Part shown: positions 18,452-28,300 of the stretch, one piece after another
Layout: each line of letters begins with the position of its first letter
Numbering within the stretch: the first letter of the stretch is position 1
NCBI GenBank assembly: GCA_946639185.1
Contig: CAMPBR010000001.1
Location: forward strand, 19,550-83,549
Reading direction: 5' to 3'
Length of the DNA stretch: 64,000 nt
Source: an uncultured Mycoplasmatota bacterium
GTDB taxonomy: Bacteria > Bacillota_I > Bacilli_A > RF39 > UBA660
Translations under genes and position numbers: made by a program
The notes under the pieces: generated by a model
Seen by the model: only the letters and a program-made list of their open reading frames with translations
Database searches by the model: none
What the model was told of the DNA's origin: nothing

Positions 18452-18808
18452 ATGAAAAAAATAAATATAATTAAGGAAAACAAAGATTTTGCTACAATTT
18501 TAAATAAAAGAAAGTTTAGTAAGAATAAATATTATACTATATATTATAATGATAAATCAGAAAAGTATTATCGCTTTGGTTTATCAGTAGGTAAAAAAAT
18601 ATCTAAAAGAGCAGTTGATCGTAATAAATTAAAAAGAAGATTAAAAAGTATAATAGATAATAATAAAAACTACTATCAAAATTCCAAGGATTATATTATA
18701 ATAATGAAAGAAAGCTGTTTAGAAGCAACATATTCTGAATTAGAAAAAGCTTTCCAAGATATTATGAATAATATAAATAAAGGAGAAAAGAATGAAACAA
18801 AAAAGTAA
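18452..18808 (+). CDS. rnpA: RNase P protein component
   Basis: Contains the basic RNR-like motif (AVDRNKLKRRLK) and follows rpmH. The start context is AGGTGATAATATG. Confidence 0.9.
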   Translation: MKKINIIKENKDFATILNKRKFSKNKYYTIYYNDKSEKYYRFGLSVGKKISKRAVDRNKLKRRLKSIIDNNKNYYQNSKDYIIIMKESCLEATYSELEKAFQDIMNNINKGEKNETKK

Positions 18809-19727
18809 AAAGATATTTTTCTTATTAGCTATAATTCTTTTATTAACAACAGGATGTACAAAAACTTTAAAAGATTCTAATAAGAAAGTAGTAACAAATC
18901 CGGAAACTGGTCAAAGTTTAACTGAAAATATATTATGTCGACCAACAAATGAAAAAATAATTAAAATATATAAAGAAAATGGTGTTAATATAAATAATTT
19001 ACCAAAATGTAGTAATTTTAGTATTACTACTGGAGGTTATGAAGGTTTATGGAATAGTATATTTGTTAAACCATTAGCTTTTGTAATTTTATGGTTTAAT
19101 AATTATGTTAAAAATGCAGCAGTAGCTTTAATAATAACAAGTTTAATAATTAGATTAATAGCTTATCCATTAACTAAGAAAACAGCTATGCAATCTGAAT
19201 TATTAAAGAAAGCTCAACCAGAACTTAAAAGACTTGAAAAGAAATATGAAGGTAAAACTGATCAAGAATCAATGATGAAGAAGAGTCAAGAAATGACTAT
19301 GATTTATCGTAAATATAATATTAATCCTATATCAGGATGTGTATATGCTTTAATTCAATTACCATTATTTATAGCTTTTTTAGAAGCAATAAATAGAGTA
19401 CCAGCATTATTTGAAGGAAACTTCTTAGGATTACAACTTGGTACAACACCTTCAGTTGGTTTATTAACAAATCATAATTTTTTATATCTTATACTAATAG
19501 CTATAGTAGGAGCTACAACATATTACTCATTTAGTATGAATAAAACAACTCAGCAAGAAGCAGAAGATCCAATGAAAAACATGACTACAATTATGACAGT
19601 AATGATAGTAGTAATGGGATTCTTTATGTCTAGTGCATTATGCATTTATTGGGTAACTACAAATTTATTTACTGTAGCTCAAAACTTAATAGTAAAAAGG
19701 AGTAAGAAAGATGTTAGTAAAAAATAG
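18792..19727 (+). CDS. yidC: membrane protein insertase YidC/SpoIIIJ (lipoprotein type)
   Basis: Contains a lipobox LLTTGC, multiple TM segments, and holds the conserved rnpA-yidC-jag order. Confidence 0.9.
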   Translation: MKQKSKKIFFLLAIILLLTTGCTKTLKDSNKKVVTNPETGQSLTENILCRPTNEKIIKIYKENGVNINNLPKCSNFSITTGGYEGLWNSIFVKPLAFVILWFNNYVKNAAVALIITSLIIRLIAYPLTKKTAMQSELLKKAQPELKRLEKKYEGKTDQESMMKKSQEMTMIYRKYNINPISGCVYALIQLPLFIAFLEAINRVPALFEGNFLGLQLGTTPSVGLLTNHNFLYLILIAIVGATTYYSFSMNKTTQQEAEDPMKNMTTIMTVMIVVMGFFMSSALCIYWVTTNLFTVAQNLIVKRSKKDVSKK

Positions 19728-20325
19728 ATATACAGGAAAAACTAAAGAAGATGCAATAAATAATGCTAAAATTGCTCTTCAAGAATTAGAAAGTGATTTA
19801 TATATTAAAGAAATAGAAGTAAAAAATGGATTATTTAATAAAAAAGTAGAAATAGAAGTAATTCGTAAAAGAGATGTTAGTGAACATATAAAAGATTTAG
19901 TAAAAGAATTAGTAACAAATATGGGGTTAACATGTAATTTAGAAGTAAAAAAACGTGAAAACGGTTTAAATATAACTATTTTAGCTGATAATAATTCAAT
20001 TTTAATAGGAAAAAATGGTAGAACACTAGATGCTATGACTTCAATTATTAAGCATGCAATAACTAATGAAATAGGAGAATATTATCCATTTACATTAGAT
20101 GTAGGTGAATATAAACAAGCACGTGAACAAAGATTAGAAAGAGTTGCTAAGAAGACAGCTAAAGAAGTAGCTATATCAAAAGTAGCTGCTAAACTAGAAC
20201 CAATGAATTCTTATGAAAGAAGAATAGTTCATGAAGCTTTAGCAAACAATAAAAAAGTAATTACTGAAAGTGAAGGAGAAGAACCTAATCGTTGTGTAGT
20301 AATTAAACCAAAAGAAGATGAATAA
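19711..20325 (+). CDS. jag: RNA-binding protein Jag/KhpB (KH + R3H domains)
   Basis: Contains IGKNGRTLDAM (KH) and MNSYERRIVHEAL (R3H), and sits downstream of yidC. Confidence 0.88.
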   Translation: MLVKNRYTGKTKEDAINNAKIALQELESDLYIKEIEVKNGLFNKKVEIEVIRKRDVSEHIKDLVKELVTNMGLTCNLEVKKRENGLNITILADNNSILIGKNGRTLDAMTSIIKHAITNEIGEYYPFTLDVGEYKQAREQRLERVAKKTAKEVAISKVAAKLEPMNSYERRIVHEALANNKKVITESEGEEPNRCVVIKPKEDE

Positions 20326-20381
20326 TCTTCTTTTCTTTTTTTATAAAAAGTGATATAATCAGTGCGTTAGAGGTGAAGTCT

Positions 20382-21740
20382 ATGAATGATACAATAACAG
20401 CTATTTCAACTACATTAGGAGTTGGGGCAATTTCTATAATAAGAGTGTCAGGAAAAGATGCAATTAGCATAGTTAATAAAATATTTAAAGGTAAAGATTT
20501 AACTTGGGTAGATACACATACTATTAATTATGGTCATATAGTTAATAATGATGAAATAATAGATGAAGTATTAGTATCAGTAATGCGTGCACCAAAAACT
20601 TTTACTAAAGAAGATGTAGTAGAAATAAATTGTCATGGTGGTATAGCTACAACTAATAAAGTTTTAGAATTATTATTAAATAATGGTTGTAGACTTGCAG
20701 AACCTGGTGAATTTACTAAAAGGGCATTTTTAAATGGAAGAATAGACTTAACTCAAGCTGAATCAGTAATGGATTTGATTGAATCTAAATCAGAGCAAAC
20801 AAGAAAAGTTGCTATAAAAGGTTTAAATGGTAACGTAAGCAATATGATTAGAAATTTAAGACAAGATATTCTAGAAGGACTACTTGCTCCAATAGAAGTT
20901 AATATAGATTATCCTGAATATGAAGATATTGAAGTAATGACTAATCAAAAAATATTACCAAAATTAATAGAAATAAAAGAAAAATTAAATAAAATAATAA
21001 AAGAATCTGAAAATGGTAAGATTATAACTAATGGCATTAAAACTATCATTATTGGTAAACCAAATGTAGGAAAAAGTAGTATTTTAAATAAATTATTAGA
21101 TGAAGAGAAAGCTATAGTTACTGATATTGAAGGAACTACTCGTGATACAGTAGAAGGTAGTATTACCATTAGTGGTGTATCTTTAAATTTAATAGATACT
21201 GCAGGTATTAGAGATGCAAAAGATATAGTAGAAAAAATAGGTGTTGAAAAAAGTATTAATTTAATAAATGAAGCTGATTTAGTAATAATAGTATTAAATA
21301 ATAATCAAGAATTAACTGAAGAAGATAAGAAAATATTAAACTATGCTAAAGATAAACAAGTAATAGTAGTAATAAATAAAAATGATTTAGAAAAGAAAAT
21401 AGATGAATCCGAAATAGAATACCAAAACATTATATATACAAACACTAAAGATATTAATGGAATAGATTCATTAAAGAATAAAATAATTGAATTGTTTAAT
21501 CTAGAAAAGTTAACTCAAGATGATAATAATTTCTTAACAAATGTTAGACAAATTTCCTTAGCTAAAGATGCTTTAAATATTTTAAATGAAGTAGAATTAG
21601 GTATAGTAAATAGTGTACCAGTTGATATGATTGAAATTGATATTAAAAGAAGTTGGGAAAAACTTGGTGAAATTATAGGTGAAACTTATACAGAAGAATT
21701 AATAGATCAATTATTCACACAATTTTGTTTAGGAAAGTAG
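20382..21740 (+). CDS. mnmE: tRNA modification GTPase MnmE
   Basis: Contains G1 GKPNVGKSS, DTAGIR and the C-terminal FCLGK. The ATG at 20382 follows AGAGGTGA. Confidence 0.95.
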   Translation: MNDTITAISTTLGVGAISIIRVSGKDAISIVNKIFKGKDLTWVDTHTINYGHIVNNDEIIDEVLVSVMRAPKTFTKEDVVEINCHGGIATTNKVLELLLNNGCRLAEPGEFTKRAFLNGRIDLTQAESVMDLIESKSEQTRKVAIKGLNGNVSNMIRNLRQDILEGLLAPIEVNIDYPEYEDIEVMTNQKILPKLIEIKEKLNKIIKESENGKIITNGIKTIIIGKPNVGKSSILNKLLDEEKAIVTDIEGTTRDTVEGSITISGVSLNLIDTAGIRDAKDIVEKIGVEKSINLINEADLVIIVLNNNQELTEEDKKILNYAKDKQVIVVINKNDLEKKIDESEIEYQNIIYTNTKDINGIDSLKNKIIELFNLEKLTQDDNNFLTNVRQISLAKDALNILNEVELGIVNSVPVDMIEIDIKRSWEKLGEIIGETYTEELIDQLFTQFCLGK

Positions 21741-21856
21741 ATAAAATGCAAGATAATAATAAGAATAATATAAAATTGTACATGCTACCAACTATTTTTA
21801 CTAGTCTAGAAAGAGAAAATATAAAGAAAAAACAATAAAATATAATGAAAAACATT

Positions 21857-21882
21857 AAAATTATTTCCCGGGAAATAATTTT
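21857..21882. promoter_or_regulatory. Noc-binding site (NBS) in a 26-bp perfect palindrome; probable mnmE terminator hairpin
   Basis: AAAATTATTTCCCGGGAAATAATTTT is identical to the element at 1556-1581. It is followed by TTTGTTTATTTTTT. Confidence 0.7.
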
Positions 21883-21946
21883 TTTGTTTATTTTTTATAA
21901 AAATGTAGTATAATAGTCCAAGAGAAAAAAGAGGAAGTGTATTAAA

Positions 21947-23806
21947 ATGGAATACGATATTATAGTAGTAGGTGGAGGACATGCTGGATGTGAAGCATCT
22001 TTAGCAGCAGCACGATTAAACAATAAAACCCTACTTGTAACAGGAAATATAAAAAATATTGCGGATATGCCTTGTAATCCATCAATAGGTGGACCAGCTA
22101 AAGGTATAATTGTTCGTGAGATAGATGCATTAGGTGGAGAAATGGGTAACAACACTGACCACAGTTTACTTCAAATGAAAATGCTAAATACTAAAAAAGG
22201 ACCAGCAGTTAGAGCTTTACGTGCTCAAGGAGATAAAATTACTTATCCACAAGAAATGTTAAAAACTATGAATTCTACTCCTAATTTAGAAATCAAAGAG
22301 TCAATTGTTGAAGATTTAATCGTTGAAGATAATAAAGTAAAAGGTGTAGTTTTAGAAGATGGAGAAAAAATAAGTGCTAAAGCTGTAGTATTAACAACAG
22401 GTACTTACTTAAGAGCTGTAGTATTAAGAGGAGCATCTAAAACTGTATCCGGGCCTCATGGAGAAAAACCATCTAAATTCTTAAGTACTAAATTAAAAGA
22501 ATATGGGTTTACTATACAAAGATTAAAAACAGGAACTCCTCCAAGAATAGCTAAAGATTCTATTGACTTTTCAAAAGCTAGCCTAGAACCAGGAGATACT
22601 GAATTACACACTTTCTCATTTGATCATGAACCTTTATATAAAGCCGAAGATCAAGTACCTTGTCATTTAATTTATACAACAGAAGAAACTCACAAAATAA
22701 TTAATGAAAACTTGGATAAATCAAGTATGTATGGTGGATATGTAGAAGGAATAGGTCCAAGATATTGTCCATCAATTGAAGATAAAGTAGTAAGATTTAA
22801 AGATAAAGAAAGACATCAATTATTCTTAGAGCCAGAAAGTATATATTATGATGATATCTATGTACAAGGATTTTCAACAAGTATGCCTGAAGATGTACAA
22901 GAAAAAATGGTCCATTCATTACCAGGTCTTGAAAATGCTAAGATATTAAAATATGCTTATGCTATTGAATATGATGCTATTGATCCACTACAGTTAAAAC
23001 AATCACTTGAAACAAAAGTATTAGAAAACTTATTTACAGCAGGACAAATAAATGGAACTAGTGGTTATGAAGAAGCTGCAGGTCAAGGACTTATAGCTGG
23101 TATAAATGCATCTAGAAAGATAAATAATCAAGAACCATTAATATTAAAAAGAAATGAATCATATATTGGTGTATTAATAGATGATTTAGTAACAAAAGGA
23201 ACAAAAGAACCATATCGTATGTTAACTTCACGTGCTGAATATAGATTATTATTAAGACATGATAACGCTGATTTAAGACTTAGAGAATATGGACATGATA
23301 TTGGTTTAATAAATGAAGAAAGATATCAAAAATTTAAAAAGAAAAAAGAAGATATAAATGAATTAATAGAATTATTAAAAAATAATAAAATAACTCCAAC
23401 TACAGAAGTTAATAGTTATTTAGAAAGTATTAATTCAACTAAATTATTAGATGGTATAACCTTATATAATTTATTAAAAAGACCTGAAATTACTATGGAA
23501 AATATCAAACATTTTATTGATATAGATTATTCAAATGAAGTAATAGAACAAGTAGAAATAATGGATAAATATGAAGGATATATAGCTAAAGCTAATAAAG
23601 AAGCACAAAAAATGTTAGATTTAGAGAAAATAAAAATTCCAGAAGATATAGATTATAATATCGTACCTAATTTAGCTAGTGAAGGAAGACAAAAATTAAA
23701 TCAAGTAAGACCTACAACTATAGCCCAAGCAAGTAGAATAAGTGGAGTAAATCCAGCAGATATATCTATATTAATGGTATATTTAAAGAAAGCAAATAGA
23801 ATATGA
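21947..23806 (+). CDS. mnmG: tRNA uridine 5-carboxymethylaminomethyl modification enzyme MnmG (GidA)
   Basis: Contains the FAD motif VVGGGHAGCEA and is 619 aa. Confidence 0.97.
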   Translation: MEYDIIVVGGGHAGCEASLAAARLNNKTLLVTGNIKNIADMPCNPSIGGPAKGIIVREIDALGGEMGNNTDHSLLQMKMLNTKKGPAVRALRAQGDKITYPQEMLKTMNSTPNLEIKESIVEDLIVEDNKVKGVVLEDGEKISAKAVVLTTGTYLRAVVLRGASKTVSGPHGEKPSKFLSTKLKEYGFTIQRLKTGTPPRIAKDSIDFSKASLEPGDTELHTFSFDHEPLYKAEDQVPCHLIYTTEETHKIINENLDKSSMYGGYVEGIGPRYCPSIEDKVVRFKDKERHQLFLEPESIYYDDIYVQGFSTSMPEDVQEKMVHSLPGLENAKILKYAYAIEYDAIDPLQLKQSLETKVLENLFTAGQINGTSGYEEAAGQGLIAGINASRKINNQEPLILKRNESYIGVLIDDLVTKGTKEPYRMLTSRAEYRLLLRHDNADLRLREYGHDIGLINEERYQKFKKKKEDINELIELLKNNKITPTTEVNSYLESINSTKLLDGITLYNLLKRPEITMENIKHFIDIDYSNEVIEQVEIMDKYEGYIAKANKEAQKMLDLEKIKIPEDIDYNIVPNLASEGRQKLNQVRPTTIAQASRISGVNPADISILMVYLKKANRI

Positions 23807-24495
23807 ATATAGAATTATTTATAGAAGAAACAAAAAAATTAGGCATAAATTTAACGCAAAAACAGTTAGATCAACTAGAAAAATATTATAATTTATTAAT
23901 TGATTGGAATAAAAAAATTAATTTAACTAGAATTACTGAAAAAGAAGATGTATATTTAAAACATTTTTATGATAGTTTAACTTTAATAAAAGTAATAGAT
24001 TTAAATAAAGAATTAAGTTTATGTGATATTGGTACAGGAGCAGGTTTTCCTGGAATAGTATTAAAAATAGCCTTTCCTAATTTAAAAATAACTTTAGTAG
24101 ATTCATTAAATAAAAGAATAATATTCCTAAATGAAGTGATAAAAGAATTAGATTTAAAGAATATAGAAGCAGTTCATGCTAGGGCTGAAGATTATGCTAA
24201 AGAGAATAGAGAAAAATATGATATAGTAACTTCTCGTGCAGTAGCTAATTTAAGAGTATTATCAGAACTTGCTATGCCTATGGTAAAAGTAGATGGATAT
24301 TTTATACCAATGAAAGCCAATGTTGATGCAGAAATAAATGAAGCTAAAGATATTATTAACAAATTAAGTGGAAAACTTGAACATAAAGAAACATTTAATT
24401 TACCAATAGAAGAAAGCTTAAGAAATATCTTATTAATTAAAAAAATAAATAAAACTAATCAAATATATCCAAGAAGAATGGATAAAATAAAATAA
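23803..24495 (+). CDS. rsmG: 16S rRNA (guanine527-N7)-methyltransferase
   Basis: Contains the SAM motif DIGTGAGFPG and is coupled to mnmG through an ATGA overlap. Confidence 0.93.
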   Translation: MNIELFIEETKKLGINLTQKQLDQLEKYYNLLIDWNKKINLTRITEKEDVYLKHFYDSLTLIKVIDLNKELSLCDIGTGAGFPGIVLKIAFPNLKITLVDSLNKRIIFLNEVIKELDLKNIEAVHARAEDYAKENREKYDIVTSRAVANLRVLSELAMPMVKVDGYFIPMKANVDAEINEAKDIINKLSGKLEHKETFNLPIEESLRNILLIKKINKTNQIYPRRMDKIK

Positions 24496-24587
24496 AACTC
24501 AAGTTTTTGAGTTTTTTTCTTTGTATTCAAATAAAATCATGTTATAATGAAAATATAATAGGGGAATATAAAGAGAGTGTGATATAG

Positions 24588-25541
24588 ATGGACAGAGAAG
24601 TAATAGAACTATACTTGGATGATATAATTCCTAATCGTTTTCAACCAAGAGAAGTATTTAATGAAGAAGCATTAAAAGAGTTATCAGCTTCTATTAAAGA
24701 ACATGGTGTAATTCAACCAATAATAGTTAGAAAACTTGGAGATAAATATGAAATAATAGCTGGAGAAAGAAGATATAAAGCTTCTGTTTTGGCAGGACTT
24801 ACAAAAATCCCAGCAATTATCCGAAATATGGATGATAAAGAAGCATCAAAAGTAGCTCTTCTTGAAAACCTTCAAAGAAAGGATCTAACACCAATTGAAG
24901 AAGCAAGAACATATCAAAAAATATTAGAATTAGATGATATGACTCAAGAAGAACTTGGTAGAACAATGGGTAAAAGTCAAGCTGCAATTGCCAATAAAAT
25001 GCGTCTTTTAACATTACCAGATGAAATACAAGATGCATTACTTCATGATAAAATATCTGAAAGACATGCAAGAAGTTTATTAAATCTAGATACTCCAAAA
25101 GAACAAATAACTATGTTAGATAAGATTGTAAGTAATCGCCTAACAGTAAGAGAGTTAGATAATGAAATCAAGATAATGAAAGGTGAATATGAACCAGAAA
25201 CAACAACCGAATCTTTAGTATTAGAAGAAGCAGGACCAAAAGTAGTGGTTGGTGAAACATTAGATGAACCTGAAGAATTATTAGATTATGATTTTAGTTT
25301 ACCAGAAGAAGAAACTGAAATTAAAGAAGAAGAACAAAAAGAACACGAACTTGATAAAATAGACTTTTTATTAAAAGAAACATCACATCAAGAACCAAAA
25401 AAATATACATTTGGTTATGCTGTTACTGAAATAAAAGCTTTAGCAGGAAAGCTTAAACATAAAGGGTTTGATATAAATATTGATGAGATGGACTTTGAAA
25501 ATACTTATCAAATAGTAATAAAAATCGGCAAGGATAAATAA
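24588..25541 (+). CDS. noc: nucleoid occlusion protein Noc (ParB paralog)
   Basis: Holds the rsmG-noc-soj-spo0J position and carries the ParB box IIAGERR. The HTH region GKSQAAIANKMRLL resembles B. subtilis Noc as I recall it, and the C-terminus (DFENTYQIVIKIGKDK) is also Noc-like. Perfect NBS sites are present in the window. Confidence 0.8.
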   Translation: MDREVIELYLDDIIPNRFQPREVFNEEALKELSASIKEHGVIQPIIVRKLGDKYEIIAGERRYKASVLAGLTKIPAIIRNMDDKEASKVALLENLQRKDLTPIEEARTYQKILELDDMTQEELGRTMGKSQAAIANKMRLLTLPDEIQDALLHDKISERHARSLLNLDTPKEQITMLDKIVSNRLTVRELDNEIKIMKGEYEPETTTESLVLEEAGPKVVVGETLDEPEELLDYDFSLPEEETEIKEEEQKEHELDKIDFLLKETSHQEPKKYTFGYAVTEIKALAGKLKHKGFDINIDEMDFENTYQIVIKIGKDK

Positions 25542-25634
25542 AGAGTAGAAAGTTCTACTTTTTTTTCTTAAAAGGTTTCCTAAATTATTATTATTTGATA
25601 CAATAGTAAGTACGTAAGAGAAGGTGGTAGTAGT

Positions 25635-26423
25635 ATGGGAAAAGTAATCGCATTAGTAAATCAAAAAGGTGGAGTAGGCAAAACTACTACAAGTATTAAT
25701 TTATCAGCATCTCTAGGACATTTAGGAAAAAGAGTACTATTAATTGACTTAGATCCACAAGGTAATACAACTACAGGTGTAGGTATTAATAAAGGTGATA
25801 TAGTAAATAGTGTACATGAAGTACTAACAGGTGCTTGCGATATAAAAGATGCCATAATAAGAACTAAATATAAAAATTTATACGTTTTACCAGCAACAAT
25901 CAATTTAGCTGGTTTAGATATGGAATTAATGGAAAAAAGTAGAGCTAGTCAAGGATTTGTTAAAAATGCTCAACTAAAAGAACATTTAGATCAAGTAAAA
26001 GATTTATTTAATTATGTTATAATCGATTGTCCTCCATCATTAGGATTAATCACAACAAACGCATTGACTGCATCTGACTCCGTAATAATACCAGTACAAT
26101 GCGAATTTTTTGCCTTAGAAGGTATAACACAATTATTAAATAGTATTATGTTAGCACAAAAAAATTTAAATCCTAATCTTGATATCGAAGGGGTTCTATT
26201 AACAATGTTAGATTCAAGAACACTATTAGGATTAGAAGTAGTTGAAGATATTAGAAGATTCTTTAAAGAAAGAGTTTATAATACAATAATACCTAGATTA
26301 GTTAAGCTAACAGAAGCTCCATCTCATGGTAAGCCAATATTAGCATATGATCCAAAACATAGAGCTACTGAGGCTTATATAAATTTAGCAAAGGAAGTGA
26401 TTGAGAGAAATGGAGACATCTAG
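25635..26423 (+). CDS. soj: chromosome partitioning ATPase ParA/Soj
   Basis: Contains the deviant Walker A NQKGGVGKTT and is 262 aa. Confidence 0.95.
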   Translation: MGKVIALVNQKGGVGKTTTSINLSASLGHLGKRVLLIDLDPQGNTTTGVGINKGDIVNSVHEVLTGACDIKDAIIRTKYKNLYVLPATINLAGLDMELMEKSRASQGFVKNAQLKEHLDQVKDLFNYVIIDCPPSLGLITTNALTASDSVIIPVQCEFFALEGITQLLNSIMLAQKNLNPNLDIEGVLLTMLDSRTLLGLEVVEDIRRFFKERVYNTIIPRLVKLTEAPSHGKPILAYDPKHRATEAYINLAKEVIERNGDI

Positions 26424-27294
26424 AAGAAAAGCATTAGGTAGAGGTTTAGAAGAATTATTTAATAATGAACCAATTGCCTATGAAAAAATCGAAGAAAAAA
26501 TCATGAATGAAACTACTAACGAAGAAATAGTAGAAATTCCATTAAAAGAATTAAGAAGTAATCCTTATCAACCACGTAAGAATTTTGATGAGGATGCGTT
26601 ACAAGAATTAGCCAATTCTATAAAAGAACACGGTGTATTTCAACCAATTATAGCTAAAAAAAGCATAAAAGGATATGAAATAATAGCTGGAGAAAGAAGA
26701 GTAAAAGCTTCTATTTTAGCAGGAAAAGAAACTATTCCAGCAATTATACGTGATTTCTCAGATCAAGCTATGATGGAAATAGCTTTACTTGAAAACTTAC
26801 AAAGAGAAAACTTAAATGCTTTAGAAGAAGCAATAGCTTATAAAAAACTATTAGATGAACTTTCTTTAACACAAGAAGAATTAGCTAATCGCTTAGGAAA
26901 AAGCAGAAGCCATATTACTAATATGTTAGGACTTTTAACATTACCAGAAGAAGTAAAAGATAAAATTTCAAGTGGTAAATTAACTATGGGACACGCACGT
27001 GTTTTAAGTAAAATAGAAGATTCTAATAAAGTAAAAGAACTTGCTGAAAAAATAATAAAAGAAGATTTAAGTGTTCGTCAAACTGAAGAATTATCTCGTG
27101 GTGAAGATTTAGCTAGAAAAAATGTTCAAACTAGAAAATCATCATCTAATTTTAGTGAATATAAACCATTTGAAGAACAATTATCTGAAAAATTTGGTAC
27201 AAAGATTAAAATTAAAAATAATAAACTAGAAATTAGCTTTGTTAATAAAAATGATTTAAATAGAATATTAGAAATAATAGGATTGGATAATTAA
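26410..27294 (+). CDS. spo0J: chromosome partitioning protein ParB/Spo0J
   Basis: Contains the N-terminal ParA-interaction motif KALGRGLEELF, the CTPase box IIAGERR, and the HTH GKSRSHITNMLGLLTLP. The ATG at 26410 is preferred over the track's TTG at 26401. Confidence 0.93.
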   Translation: METSRRKALGRGLEELFNNEPIAYEKIEEKIMNETTNEEIVEIPLKELRSNPYQPRKNFDEDALQELANSIKEHGVFQPIIAKKSIKGYEIIAGERRVKASILAGKETIPAIIRDFSDQAMMEIALLENLQRENLNALEEAIAYKKLLDELSLTQEELANRLGKSRSHITNMLGLLTLPEEVKDKISSGKLTMGHARVLSKIEDSNKVKELAEKIIKEDLSVRQTEELSRGEDLARKNVQTRKSSSNFSEYKPFEEQLSEKFGTKIKIKNNKLEISFVNKNDLNRILEIIGLDN

Positions 27295-28112
27295 TGATGA
27301 AAATAATAGAAAAATTTCTTGTACCAGAAATCTATCTACCAATTATTTACATAAGTGTAGCTATATTTATAAATGCTATCATTAAAAGAATAATATCTAA
27401 AATAATTAGTAAAAAACAATCTACTATGGATAATAAAAGTTATAATTATAAAAAGTTAGAAACTTTTAAAGGGTTAGTAACTAACATTATTAAATATATA
27501 ATAGTTATTTTCTTATTATTAGCTATTTTAACTGTATATAAAATAGATGTTTCTTCAGTTTTAGCAGGATTAGGAATAGCTGGATTAGTTGTAGGTTTAG
27601 CATTACAAGATTTAGCTAAAGATTTAATAGCAGGATTTTCTATTATAGTAGAAAATCAATATGCAGTAGGCGATATTATCTCAATTGGTGACTTTAAAGG
27701 AGAAGTTATTTTCCTTGGATTAAAAACAACTAAAATTAAAAGTTATCAAGGAGATGTTAAAATTGTAGCTAATCGTAATGCAACTGAAGTAATCAATTAT
27801 AGTATGTCTAATTCACTTGCTATAGTAGATGTTGATGTTGCATATGAAGAAAATAATGAACATGTAGAAGAAGTATTAAATGAACTAGTTAGTGAATTGT
27901 CTAAAACATTACCAAATCTAAAAGGCAACGTAGCACTGTTAGGAATTCAAGAATTAAGTTCTTCATCAGTAAAATATCGTATTACAGCTGAAACTAAAGC
28001 AATGGAACATTTTGATATTGAAAGAAGAATAAGAAAAGCTGTAAAAACAAGATTAGATCAAGAAAATATAAAAATACCATATACACAAATAGAGGTGCAT
28101 AATGGAAAATAA
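27294..28112 (+). CDS. small-conductance mechanosensitive channel (MscS family)
   Basis: Three TM segments followed by an MscS beta-domain (AVGDIISIGDFKGEVIFLGLKTTKIK). Confidence 0.8.
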   Translation: MMKIIEKFLVPEIYLPIIYISVAIFINAIIKRIISKIISKKQSTMDNKSYNYKKLETFKGLVTNIIKYIIVIFLLLAILTVYKIDVSSVLAGLGIAGLVVGLALQDLAKDLIAGFSIIVENQYAVGDIISIGDFKGEVIFLGLKTTKIKSYQGDVKIVANRNATEVINYSMSNSLAIVDVDVAYEENNEHVEEVLNELVSELSKTLPNLKGNVALLGIQELSSSSVKYRITAETKAMEHFDIERRIRKAVKTRLDQENIKIPYTQIEVHNGK

Positions 28113-28296
28113 AGAATATAAATTAAATGATAAAGTAGTAATGAAAAAAGAACATCCTTGTGGAGCAAATGAATGGGAAATAGTACGCCTTGGTGTTGAT
28201 ATTAAGATTAAATGTCTAAAATGTGGAAGATGTATAATGATTCCAAGAATTGAATTTAATAAAAAGTTAAAGAAAGTTTTAACAAATGAGGAGTAG
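28102..28296 (+). CDS. DUF951-family small protein
   Basis: 64 aa with the HPCG...CLKCGR pattern. A gene of this kind is conserved next to parB in Firmicutes. Confidence 0.6.
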   Translation: MENKEYKLNDKVVMKKEHPCGANEWEIVRLGVDIKIKCLKCGRCIMIPRIEFNKKLKKVLTNEE

Positions 28297-28300
28297 TATT

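Noticed and set aside
21746-21838. A 30-codon ORF (MQDNNKNNIKLYMLPTIFTSLERENIKKKQ) in the mnmE-mnmG gap.
   Set aside because: It has no convincing Shine-Dalgarno sequence, its composition is low-complexity and AT-driven, and it ends just before the NBS/terminator. It is most likely non-coding.
24747-24773. A 27-nt perfect identity between noc (24747-24773) and parB (26674-26700), considered as a possible repeat or recombination site.
   Set aside because: Both stretches encode the paralogous YEIIAGERR CTPase box with the same biased codons. Paralogy explains the identity, so it is not an independent element.
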